DNA of 63,969 bases, counting the filler, from Dirinaria sp. TL-2023a (lineage: Eukaryota): NCBI GenBank assembly GCA_051941275.1. It is 3 parts of 3 records of this genome, joined end to end, with 100 filler letters (N's around TTAATTAATTAA, not from the genome) between each part and the next. Parts side by side here need not be neighbours in the genome. Positions count along the whole stretch, not along the records: positions 21,688 to 43,257 come from JAVEBF010000252.1; positions 43,358 to 63,969 come from JAVEBF010000280.1; 1 more part is not named here. One strand, given 5' to 3'. The position numbers were made by a program, and so were the translations under genes. Under the pieces are notes generated by a model. The model had not been told where the DNA came from. It saw only the letters and a program-made list of their open reading frames with translations, and made no database searches. Positions 34,561 to 46,900 of this stretch are shown here, piece by piece. Numbering within the stretch: position 1 is the stretch's first letter; every line of letters starts with the position of its first letter.

Positions 34561-36560
34561 CTACAAGCTACGTCGACTCACACGTATCGGTAAGCCATTT
34601 TTAGGCCTCAGAGTAAAGCTTGGAAGGAATTCCATTTTGAAGCCCGGCTCAAGGCTAAGATCATATCGTCGGATAACCGTAGCAATCGCGATCGTCATTT
34701 CGAGCATTGCGAGCCCTTGCCCTAGAATCAAGAGGTGTTAGATTGCAGCTTCGCGATGTCTGATATGGTAACAAACCGATGCAATTTCTTGGGCCCCATG
34801 AGAAAGGGAAATAAGATCCCTTGGTCTTCGTATGGCCAGAGCCGCCAGACCGCCACCGTTCCGGATCAAAGTCATCGGCATCTTCCCATAGAGTGGGATC
34901 TCGATGCACTATAATCTCGTGAGATTCCTCAATTCATGACATTGAAATGAACGTGCAGGAATGGGATAGGCTCACCGGCAGGATTCCATAAAGCTAAGGT
35001 AGTATCTGCAGGGAGCGTCGTGCCGCACACTGTTGTATTGACCGCGCAGGTTCGGAAGCTTCCGAATCCTGTCGAGTGCACTCTCAGAGTCTCTTTGACG
35101 ACCATGTTCAAATACGGAAGCTTGGTCTGATCGATAGAAGCAATGGAATCATTGTCAGGTATACTTGCATCGATCTCTGCACGCAATCGAGCCAGGATTT
35201 CTGGGTTGCGGAGCTGCATCCCGTAGAGCTTGAGTCAGCTCTCACGATTCCATCTCCCTCAGCTAGTATGAGGCGGTCTTACCACTTCCCAAAGTAGGAA
35301 TGACATGGTGTGTGCAGTCGGGTCTGCTCCGGCCACCAGGAATGCCACTATTGATCCACACATTTGGCTCAGCAAACGATCACCAGTGAGGTCCAGCCTT
35401 CCTTTTCAATCGAACGTACCGTAATTGTCCACAAGCTCTTTCGAACTAAAGGAATAGCTTCCGTTGGACTCCTTCTGCCTGTCACAAGTCATAAGCGTCT
35501 TGGTACTCAGTGATTGCGGCGCCCTTACTTAGCCAGGATCTCAAATATTTTTTTGGGAATTTTGTTGGGTTTCTCCTGGGATGCATCGGCCCCATGGCGG
35601 ACATTCTCTACCGCTTTCTCTGCCATAAGTCTCAACTCTGCGACAGCACGATGCATCTCTCTCGTCTTTCTCAGAATGGGGAACTTTGCTCTCCAAGGAA
35701 AAAGCCCGCATTTCATGAGTTCTGGCAACACTATGTCGAAGAGCTGCATTATGCGACAGTCCGAGCCATGAGCAAGTGCGTGAAAGTCGACACCATATGC
35801 AATATCCCCAATGAAGTCAAGCGTAAGAAGGACGTGAAGTGAGGAGAAGTCAACAACGGTCTTATCTCTTGCAGCAATGTCAAGATATTCCACACAGTGC
35901 TGTGGATCATGGACAAACATCAGCAGCGATGCGATTGTGTTTAAACCCTTGCTGCTACTTACGTTTAGATGTTTTGCAAAGCAAGCGTACTGACCCTCGA
36001 TGATATTAGGTTGAAAAGCTGGTGCAAGACGCTTTCTTTGTATCCGCCATTTATCGTGATTTGTCTGTACGAACAAGGCGTCGCCACTCAGAGGCCGGAA
36101 CCCATCGTATTGAGTTGCGGCCTTCTGCCAATTCGAGTTTGAGATGGTGGTAATCATATCTGGATCGCCAATATAGATGACTCGTGAGAAAGGGCCGTTC
36201 CACTTTCATAGTTTAAGCCAATGCTGATCGTAGTTTGTGTGGAGATACTGACGGTCTGGAAGACGTGTCCGTATTCACGATTCCATTGCAACCACTACAA
36301 GCTGTTAGGCTGATTTTGACACAGGGAATATCTTGACTGACCTTTTCATGCACATTATCAGCCATCGTCTGGTCGAGGTTGCCGGTCCAGAAATTTTTCA
36401 CCGGCGGACCAGGGAATTCATAGCGAGCCCGAATATAGACGTACATGAAGCGGACAACCATAATCATTAACAATGCAATAATTGTCATGGCAAGGAATGA
36501 GACCTGGACGACGTTGAGACCACCCAGGGTCAGGGGCAAAGGAGAAGCTAGTTTCGTCAT
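34561..36560 (-). CDS. Cytochrome P450, 9 exons, atypical I-helix (AGADPT)
   Basis: N-terminal TM anchor with FPGPP, KWRIQRKRLAPAF, I-helix YVAFLVAGADPTAHTMSF (exon ~35283-35348), KETLR (ExxR), HRDP..W.DADDFDPERW, heme motif FPFSWGPRNCIG|QGLA, and stop TAG at 34561. Eight GT-AG introns were traced in frame. Confidence 0.93.
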
Positions 36561-38508
36561 CTTTGGTTTGTCGTACGCGTAGTGAGAGGAGAGAGTCCTT
36601 GAATTCCTCTGTATTTCACCCGCTTCGTCGTAGTTATGAGGATGAAAGGCCCATAAGGATCTAAATGAGTTGTGGCAGAAGCCCCGCTTTCACTGCGAGC
36701 TACATCTGGATGCAAAGCAGACAACGCTCCGGAGGTTGACGCCATGAGCTCTGGCTAGCGCCGTGTCCGAATCGTCTGAGTGACTACAGGTGCGCTTTGA
36801 CTAGGCAGGTCTTGTCTCCTCCGTCCAGGCCGATATCGGATACAGAATATCAGCCAACTTGTGTGCAGAGGATGAGCCATGCCTGCATAGGACGGCGTCG
36901 GAGAAAACTCTGATGGAGGCTCATAGCAGTCCTGTCGTGCAGATCTATCGTCAACTGAGAATCACAGGCGTACGTGCAAAAGTGTAAAAAAAGGGGGGGA
37001 ATGATCCCTGTATCTGCTTCAGGTAACAATGGTACATACTCGGCAGGCACAATACAAATGGGAGCAGGTCGTGGTCTCTGCTAAAGCACAGCTGCACTGT
37101 CCCCACATATGTGCTTGCGACTTGCGACATTTATGTGGGATGCAGCGTGGCTTGGCTTGTCTGGTTAATAATTCTAGATGATGTCCCGCGTACTCCGCAA
37201 GCTACAGTTACAGTACTGTAACGTAGACGTGCTAGCGGCAATGATCGACCTTCATACAGTAGGTATTCTTCAGACCTACCTCCAGTAAGCTAATGCAAGC
37301 TTAGCGCCTTGGTCGGCTCTGATGCAAGCCAGCATGTCTGTTCTTGAACGCTGGGCTCCTTTGGATGCGGGGTGCAGGCCACGAAGGTTGTCTTCACACC
37401 ATCACGATTCTGTAAGCGAGATACCGTGAAGAGCAGGCGCGTTGGAGGAGCGGTCGCTCTGCAAAACTTGTCACTCGGCACTTGAGTAGTGCTCAGGGAA
37501 TAAAAGAGTGTAGTGATGAGGAGATCCTTGATACATCGGCTATACCTGTGATGTGTGGGTACCGCAGTAAACAAGTAGGTACAGTACGTGCCAGGAGGGC
37601 CAAGCCACTAGACCTACTCGTACATGTAACCACTCTCCCACTGAAATAAGGTAAGGGGAAATAGATCATAAGCCAAATCGTCGTCCATACTCGGTGGTAG
37701 GCTCGAGACTCTAGACCTCGATGCTTCTGTAAATATCTTGGCACGGAAGATAGTTTTCGGCGTCCCCGGTTTGTGCCCCAGGCTGTTCCTGCAGCATTCC
37801 CTAGCTTCAATACCGGACAGACGTGACTGGCTTCCTCGCTTTCGTTTCCCCGAAACATTAGTGCAGCGGGTGGAAAATCCTGTTAGCGTCGAACTAAAAC
37901 GAATGGGCTTAGCTTGCAGCTCCGCCTCAACATCATCTCACATTTGATCGAATTGCGACATTTTGAATTACATAACAGAGGTGTTTTACTGACGACGAGA
38001 AAATTACAGAATTCATAAATCTGCATCAATTATACCTCTTCTGCAAATATTTTCGAAACGTGATCCTGAGAGTACGAGAATTGGAGCCATGTCGACTGAC
38101 CCTCGAAAGCGCGAGCGACCGAGATTTGCTATACAGATCTCTTTGTATATCTTGCTTAAGCTCTGCACAGCCAGGCTTTTCTTTGCTATCATTAATTTCA
38201 CTCATACGTGCTGATAGTCTGACAGATACTGATCAGGTAACACCATTAAAATTCCCTTTTTTCTCATCGATGGTGGACCTTCCCAAGGACGGAAAACTGT
38301 TAATTACACTGTGAGGACCTTGAACAAGGTTGGAAACAAAACACGTCAGAGGCTTGATTACCCATCCTCCCACATATTTCCATGATCGTAACATACATGA
38401 CCGTCAAGAAATACAACTCAAAGCTCTACTACTCGTCCCTGTTCGGCTGGCATGTGCATACAGAATGCAGATTTTCCACCTGGTATGGCACCGTACCGGC
38501 TTGATGCT

Positions 38509-38970
38509 ATGACCATAGTTCTTCGACTCCTATTCGCCATAGCCAGCTTGATCGCAATTTCGAATGCTGGCTCTCTCTATCATGCGGGATCAAGTATGTC
38601 AGTTCTACAGTGCCCATGCAGACATGATACTTTAGCGAACGAAAACGAAGTGAACAACACTCGCCTAGTCCTGACTCTAGATCAGTGTGCTGTGCGCCAC
38701 TGTGACGACAGCGAATGCATCTCGAAAGACTAAATTGCAATGACTTCAGTTTCGAAATCGGCACAGGCCTGTTTTCACAAGCTTAACCATGCTATTCAAG
38801 ATAGCGTCTTCCGGGTAGATCCAAGATCGAGGGCCAATATCAAACGCCTGGTGGACTTAGGTGGTATATGCGTCACAGGTTACAGAATAATTCGGACGCT
38901 AAATGCGCCAAGCCCCACCCTAATTGTCCGAATTGTTTTGATAACCCCGAGTATGCTCTACAACCAATGA
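38509..38970 (+). pseudogene. Possible small secreted Cys-containing protein, interrupted by an in-frame TAA
   Basis: Signal-peptide-like MTIVLRLLFAIASLIAISNA, then a GTATGT...TTTAG intron candidate. ORFs 38452-38733 and 38740-38970 share a frame and are separated by one TAA. Confidence 0.35.
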
Positions 38971-40254
38971 TTCTACATGGTAATGACCCGGGATATCTAG
39001 GTGTAAGGGACTGCTACATACACCGAAAAAGCAGCATCACATAAACCAGCAAGCCATTCATGCATGCCTCCATGACCAGGTAAGTCCATGCGAGATGCGC
39101 AATATGCATGGCAACGTGCTATACGAGGTCATAACACCATGTCATGGAGAAAGATCATGAAAGAAAAAAAAAAAAAAAAAAAAGGTGGTTCTCTTGGATG
39201 CGTCAAAACTTGATATTCCAACAGCTTTCATCGCAATTGAGGGATGCGTGTATAATCTTGACCAACGCTGTATTTAAGTGCGACGTTGCATGTGCCTTCA
39301 AGATCTTTAATCCATTGCAATGACACGGCGCTTAAAAACTCGGATTAACTAGGGTGTGCGTCAGAATGACAGGCAAAAGCTAAGGGTGCTAGGAATGCAT
39401 CACAATGACAAGCGAAAGCAAAAGATACTAGGTACTCGGCGCTAGTGCTGAATATCTACATCCTTACCCGAGCCCACCGAGAATTGAATGTAAGATACAT
39501 GTAGAGTCTACCTTAGTTCTACCCCGCTCAACCTTCAATGGCACTTGAGGCATCCTTTTCGCACACTTCATTGTTGGCAGCGGATCTCTACTACAAATAC
39601 ATTAGCTTCATTATGAAGGAGGCGTATCTAGGCGAGGCCGCTACAAATCCTATTTCTATGAGCACTATGTTTTCCAAATACACATTGTTGCACGATGGAA
39701 GATTTGTGATGTCGATTCATCTACAGTGTATTGGAGTAAAAGCAGTTTGGTAGCAAGCTGAGCCGTCGAAATAATCCCTTACTCCACGTTTTCATCGATG
39801 CGGGCTCTCTGATCCGCACTAAGTGTCTGCACCCCTCGACCTAGTGCATCGGATATGACCGGGTCACAGTTGCGAGCCGTATGTGACGACAGCTTCACGG
39901 GCCAATCACTAGTACAGTAAATTGTAGACTGTACCTACAATTGCAATGCTTGGGACGAAAGGGAAGCGACGCTGCACTATTCTTCTAAGTGAGGAGACCG
40001 AAGAAAATGAAAGTTATCGCGAGGTGTCGAATGTGGAAGGAGAAGGGAGCCTGGGGGAACGCACGCTAGCAGAGTTTGATGGCTGGAGCAGTACATCGGA
40101 CTCCATGATTAAAGCCGTTCACGTCTGGATGGTTTTCGAGTAACTGGCTTGAGACTCCAGAACACAACCAGTCACCTTTCGTCTCCGCAACACAGTCCCA
40201 CCAAACTCTGGGACGGAAGACCGCTGGTGGGCGTAGAGTTGGAGTGCTGCAATC

Positions 40255-41184
40255 ATGGAGCCTACCAAGTCAAAGCGGCCGGTCCTTTTCTTTGACATTG
40301 ACAACTGTGTACGTGAAAACACGACTCCTGCCGTTTTGCAGAAAACCACTGACCCCTAGTGCAGCTCTACCCCAAAAGTCTGTGCCCAGAAACCATTACG
40401 ATTGCTGCACTTGCTGACATCGTTGGCACAGGCAATAATATAAATGAGATGATGGTAGAGTTGATCAACGATTATTTCGCCAGACACCTCGAACTGTCTG
40501 CCGAAGATGCGAAGATGTTGCATCAGAAATATTACAAGGATTACGGACTTGCCATCACCGGCCTTGCTCTGCATCACAAGATAGCTCCACTAGAGTTCAA
40601 TAGAGAAGTCGACGATGCCCTGCCTCTCGATGACATTATCAGCTTCAATCCTCAATTGAGACAACTTCTCGCAGACATTGACAAAGCCAAGGTCAAAATG
40701 TGGCTATTTACCAATGCATACATCACGCACGCGCAGAGGGTAGTCCGACTGCTTGGTATTGAAGACATGTTCGAGGGTATTACATACTGCGATTACAGCA
40801 GGGTCCCGATTCGATCGAAGCCCCACACGGAAATGTACGAGAAGGCCGAGTTCGAGGCCGGCGCGTCTTCCGTTGACGGTTGCTTCTTTGTTGGTAAGCG
40901 ACTCAAGTATTTTTCAAGACACACAGCGGTGCTGCTACATTTGAACTTTGATTAGGCTGACAAACCTGGGACTAGATGATTCGTACCTGAACTGTCACCA
41001 TGCGCAGGAGCGAGGTTGGACGGCTGCTCATATCATAGAGCAGACAGAAACGGAACCGGAGGTCAAAGCTTCCAAGTACCAAATAAGAGACTTGGAAGAG
41101 CTCCGGGGGATTTTCCCACAATTCTTCAAGGATCGCAGTACCGGCAGTGCTGTGGCTGGTTCCGCTAGGTCGTCTCAGCTGTGA
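40255..41184 (+). CDS. SDT1: HAD-family pyrimidine 5'-nucleotidase (Sdt1/Phm8-like), 4 exons
   Basis: RPVLFFDIDNC|LYPK, HQKYYKDYGLA, EFNREVDDALPLD, WLFTNAYITHA, FEGITYCDY, KPH.EMY, FFV|DDSYLN and GWTAAH. Confidence 0.9.
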
Positions 41185-43257
41185 TGGAGTTACACGAAGA
41201 CAATCTTCATCGTTCCGCCATCCGCAAGCTCTTCGAAATCAAATAGTAAGCGATGAATGAGTGTGCCATCTTAGCAAAAAACGAATGTACCCTACACGTT
41301 TGATGATAACATGCATGTCATAGACTCTGCACCAGCAAACAAAGCCGAGGGAGTGCTTGATAGAACGCAAATGCGTCGCCTAAGGTACGAGTACGAGTAC
41401 CGTCCTATCTGCATGCTAGCACTTAGGTAATCATTGCGCCATCCGCACGTGATCTACATTCCTTTACCCGATCCACTAATAGATTTTCTCTCTCTCCCCC
41501 CATCCTCCTACGAACCGGTAGACTGCGCTCCATTGAATCTAGGCAAGATAACATAACTCGCGTCCAGGTAATCCTCTGACACTATTTCAGCTTGGCGCGA
41601 TGAAGACGAAATCTCATTGTCGCAATCGATTACCTCAGCCAGGTCGTCATATATCATGGCATACATGATACATGCTATCTAGTTCCTAGCTACCGAAGAA
41701 CAGTATCGCGCTAGCCGCAATCAAACGATCGGAGGTTTTAATTCCCCGGTCTTTGGCGTGGGGAAAACCCTCTCTCAGCCTCCATGCGAAAACAGTGCCT
41801 GACCTTGGAAACGTGTCTACAGCAATATCTCCGCAGATAAGACGCTGCATGTGCAATGTCGACCTCGGTTCAAACCCTGGGTCGGCCGCAGATATGCAGT
41901 CTGCTACTGCAAGGCGTATATGAAACCAGGCACCAACACTACATACCTTATCTAGCATCGATTACGGAGGTCCTGAACTCAGTCTCGCCCGCTAGTGTTA
42001 TCAATCGAGAGTCGCCCGGGGCATCACCCAAGATTTATCAACCCCAGCATACAAAAAACCTACCTAAGAGGTACCTGTGCTCGCCAGAGCGTAACCGTAC
42101 CTAACCACCTAGAAGACGCAGTCTTGGCGTGAACCACGCTGGGCAGGACTTTATAGCGTGGACCTCCGTGCTAGCGCGATCAATGCCACTGATGCGACAG
42201 ATTGGGAGGCGCCGCGCGAGACTCAGGCCACCCTTGATCATCCGCCCGAACAATAAAGCCAAGTTATTGAGCTGAGTTGGACCTGAGCTGGCCAAAGCGT
42301 ACCCGCAGTTATCTAGGGTAGATAAGAACAAACACTACGCATGGCTGGCGCCATGCATGCCAAGACGAAGCTATCTAGGTGACTCCAGTTGAGCGTTGAC
42401 GAGCACAGCTACAAATTCTCAGATAGTACGGAGTATGCAATTCTCTACGACGATATTGAAATTTCAATGGCATTAGCCTAGGACCGTCATCAATATTAAT
42501 ATTATATGGAAATCGTCCCCTGACACGTCGATCGGCTCGTCAAGTGAACTGACGAGATTAAATCATACTTACTCCTCATATGATCTAAAAGTCCCGCTCT
42601 GCTCGGGTGGGAAACATGTTCGAGAGTGAAATTCTTACATGCCTTTTTGAATAGTCAGCGTGACTCAGGTGTATGGGTGCCTTTAATAAAGCAAATTGGA
42701 AAATTCGTCAAGGTGTGGAAAATAGGAAAGCCTCTGGGCAGCTTCCTTCCAGAGACTCCTTTTAGTTGGCAAGCCGATCTTTAGTAAAAGTGGCCCACCA
42801 CCTCAACTTGTAGCACAGTTGCTGACGACGAACATCTCGCTTTCCCAGATGGCGATGATGCTCTGCCAGTGGTATGACTAACATACTTAGCACTCCCAAC
42901 ATATTTTACATGTCACTGTTATGATCTCATCAATAGTGAGAGATCTGTACGAGTACATGCAACAAACACAGAGTATATCACAAGGCATCCGGCGGGAAGA
43001 CGGTGAGAATCTCTCACTCAAGTCTAGAGAAACGTCCATATGCTTTTCAACTATCATTGTGACCAATTTTGGATGGCAATATGGTGGCCTTTTTGGTTGG
43101 TGGGTTGGAGTGAAGGAAAAGAAGCAGCCGAAAGCAGATCCATAGGTCTTCCCGATTTACATCCAGGCGCCCTCAAAGGCGTTGAAAACGGTGCTTTTGA
43201 AGGCTTCTCTTCACTCTACCCATTCTCCAGGTCTCGTTCACGTGCATCGGTAGAGGC

Positions 43258-43357
43258 NNNNNNNNNNNNNNNNNNNNNNNNNNNNNNNNNNNNNNNNNNN
43301 NTTAATTAATTAANNNNNNNNNNNNNNNNNNNNNNNNNNNNNNNNNNNNNNNNNNNN
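43258..43357. other. Assembly gap with artificial six-frame stop linker (N44-TTAATTAATTAA-N44)
   Basis: Same structure as the first gap, with the linker at 43302-43313. Confidence 0.97.
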
Positions 43358-43950
43358 ACTCTCAAGAGACAATTACCAAGTTCTACTGGCCTAGAAAAAC
43401 CCCCCTTACGGTAGTCTTTTACTTCTTTGTTTTTTTTTTATAAATTCAACTTAAGATGTACCAATTAATTGATTCACAAAATCAAAATTGTACTCAATCA
43501 GCATTCATATCATAGGAGGTGGGGTTTTCTTGCAAGATAAGAAAAGAAAAAACCCCCACTCAGGCCTGATTCTATCTATCTATCTACCTTAATAAAGTAA
43601 GATATTGTATGTATGTAATTCTGATTAACCTACCTTACCTACCGGCTCGCTCGCTGTTTTGCTTTTTGCGCATTGCGCGGTAGGAGCCAGCCAGCGAGCC
43701 GAAATTATGGATGAATGGATGGATGACTCAGGTTTATTTACCTATGTATGGCATGCATGCATGCCTTTTTCTGGAGACTCTAAAAACAACAATTTTTTTT
43801 TTTGGAATGGCATACTGTGTGTTCCCTTCCTTCTTTTTCTTTCTTTGAAGGAAGGGGGACGGATTTTCAAAAACGCCAGCGCTATGCTTATCACATGCAT
43901 TTTTATCATCATCATCCCTCATGTCTGCGTGGAAACTACTCTCTCTCTTA

Positions 43951-46900
43951 TCATCTTCGTGGCTTTCGATTAGGTATTAAAAGCGGATTCGCGTCTTTGC
44001 GCCGCTTCGATGGGGGTTTGACGTGCGGCTTGTTGGGAACGAGGGCAGGTTTGGTGTCGCTGGATAGATTATGGTTCGTGCTAGGTTCTGGATGCCGCAA
44101 TGGTTCGGGTTGGTGTGGTTTGGAAATTTGCTTTGGATGGGAAACGCCGTTCGGTGCTGGGCCGGCCGAGGGATAGTGAGGGGAATTGGGTTCGGTAGGA
44201 GATCGTAGAGGAAGTGATGGCTTCCGAACGCCAGTTCCAGCCGTGACGTATTCATCTTGACTACCTCGAGTGTACTGTGTCTGGAAAGTATCAGCATACG
44301 AGACCTGTTCAGGGAGGAACATTTGACCCACTCCTATTTTCTGGTGTTTCGTGTTCGATGCCTTTGGTCCCTTTGGAGCATCAACCGGGGGAGATGATTC
44401 CCTTCGCCGCTTCTGTGGAATTTGTTGCGGATGCTTTAAACCAGCTTTGTCGTGCTTAGGTGATGGACTTCTCGACGTTGCCTGTATGACTGGTGTTTCC
44501 TTTGCATGGTCGCCAAGTTGCTTCTTTCTCTGCGTTTCTTGGGAGCGCTGCATAAACTGCTTGTGGCTGAGTTCGAGTTTTCGAATCCTTTCCTTTTCTG
44601 ATTTTGGCAAGCTGCAGGGTTTGGTACAGACTCGCATTGAGTGGCCAAACGTGCCACATTCTAAGCAGCGTTCTACATCGCAGGCGTCTTTTCGATGATC
44701 GAAACTTCCGCAACGGAAACATTTCATTGCACTCATTCTCCGAGCCTCTACGTTATCACACTCGAACGTGGGATGCAGAGAGCTGCCACAGAGTCCGCAG
44801 TTCGAGAGTTGGTTAAGCCCGTTCCAGCCGCCCGATGGCATGACAGCAGACGAGGCTGCATCGTCGTTCGATCTCGCCGAGGGACACTGTTCTGCCTGTA
44901 ACGTCTTAGAGGAAGAGCCACTGCTGGGGGACGAGCTCGCGACACGATCGTTTGGAGTCGAGACGCTGTGCAAAGCGGCTACGGGCGGCGCATCGGCCAT
45001 CTCGATGTCTTCGTTACTAGCCGGGGAACGCTCCGTCGGACTTCTTCCGTTCGTAATTACAGGTCCCGAGTCCAATTTGAGCATTGGTTTTTGGAGGAGC
45101 TTCATGACCTCGGGCCCAGAGAAGCGACCTCGACGTTTTGCATCTTGGATCAACCTATTCCAGAAATCGCCTTGCATCAAGGACTCAGAGTTGCCCAAAA
45201 CCCACAGAGAAGACTTCGCACGAGTGATACCCACATTCATTCTTCGAATGTCAGACAAAAACCCGATGCCCCTATTGACTGATGCTCGGACACAGGAAAA
45301 TATAATGACTTCACTTTCCCTGCCTTGAAACGCATCCGTAGTGTTGAATTCGACCGTGGAGAATATGGATTCGCCGTATCTCTGAGAGAAACGAGCCCGC
45401 AGCTCTCGAAGCTGGCTTTTGTACGGAGTGATGATGCCCACTTTTCCTTTTAAATCATATCCACTACAGTCCGTAACCAATCGTGCGAAAAGCCTCAAAG
45501 CCATTTCGATCTCCGCAACGTTGATCAAAGAGTGGCCTTTAGGAGCATTCTGCTGAACGCCTCGGACGTCGAAAAATCGGTAAGGCCCCAGAATCTCGCT
45601 TTGGTGCCACGGCTTAGCTCTGTGCTGGCTCATACCTTCCCCGTCTAATAGCCTTCCATCGTAGAACTCTCTGCTCGGGAACATGCTGATCTCAGGATGC
45701 ATGCGGTACTGAGTGTCCAGTAGATGAACGTCTTCCGCATGCTTGTTTTGCATTCTGACGAACAGGCTTTGTTCATACTGAAAACGAGCTGCTTCTCTGG
45801 ATAACACTGTGGGTGGAAGCTGTTTGGGATCACCAACAAGGATGCACTTAGTACAACCATACTTGAGAGGTATTAACGCACTAAGCTCAATTGACTGAGC
45901 GGCTTCGTCGATGATGACTGTCTCGAACTCAATGTTGAGATTCTGAAACATCTCATGACCACTGCCGCTAAGTGTCGCACAAATTACATGCGCACCATCT
46001 ATTATTTCCTGCTGAACCTTACGTCGATTGATCTCAGCCTCTCTGGCAACCATGTCACCGCTGTCACGAGCAGTGTCGATCTTGTTGCTTAGTTGTTGTT
46101 TCTTCTTCTTGAGTATGTCGAACTGCCGTTGTTGCTCGGGGGAAGGCGACTTTCCATTGGCTTTTAGTCCGTCAAAAGTCGCTCGAAGGACGTTAAGTTC
46201 GTCACAGGTAGATTTGTGAGCCATCATAATTTGATGAATATCCTCAGCATTACTGTTTTGAGTAGACTTTGTCGCACTCAATCGAGCATTGACAAGCTCT
46301 TCCAAAGTGACGTCGAGCACGTTCGTATTGATAGCATCACTTCTCCCTAGGCGGATAATGGAGGGCTTCTTGACAACGCCGCTCAATGTTTTAATACCGT
46401 CCTTAAATCGCATGACTAGTTCGTCTACAGCCGCATTACTCGGTGCACAGACGAGCAATTTTTTTGGGGCTACCGCATCAACATTATTGCGCCGAGCACC
46501 TGAAACGTCAGCCTGGGGACGGCTGATGGCAGTCCCTTTGTCTGCAAATTGTCCAGACAGCAGAGCACCAACGATGGCAACAATGGTTTTGGTCTTGCCT
46601 GAACCTGGGGGTCTATACTTTATTATGAGAAGCTCCTTGAATGCATTTGAAGCGAGGAACTTACCCTTGAATCAATGTGAAGGCGTCGTTGTCTATTGCT
46701 GACTTAATGGCTTTCGCCTGCGCAGTATTCACTCCGTAATGCGATACTAACGAGTGGAGCTGCTTTTCGGAATAATCGAGTAAAGGGGAAGGCCTGGCTT
46801 TTATAATCTCTTCACAAAGATCCATATACTTAAGGCCCAGCAACGCGCCGTATTCTCGCTCTAGAGGCGTCAAAGATAGAATCTTAGTTCCATGGAGGGT

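Noticed and set aside
40255..41184. Nucleotidase as a member of the DyP-GRE/P450 cluster
   Set aside because: It is a conserved housekeeping-type gene 3.7 kb away on the opposite strand, and more likely marks the cluster boundary.
41745..41890. tRNA-like element (B-box GGTTCAAACC at ~41867, possible A-box upstream)
   Set aside because: The T-stem and acceptor stem pair poorly and I could not build a cloverleaf. At most a relic; tRNAscan-SE would settle it.
43358..43950. Homopolymer-rich sequence and an imperfect inverted repeat (GTGGGGTTTTT...AAAAACCCCCAC)
   Set aside because: It lies at a contig end with signs of low base quality, so it is unreliable.
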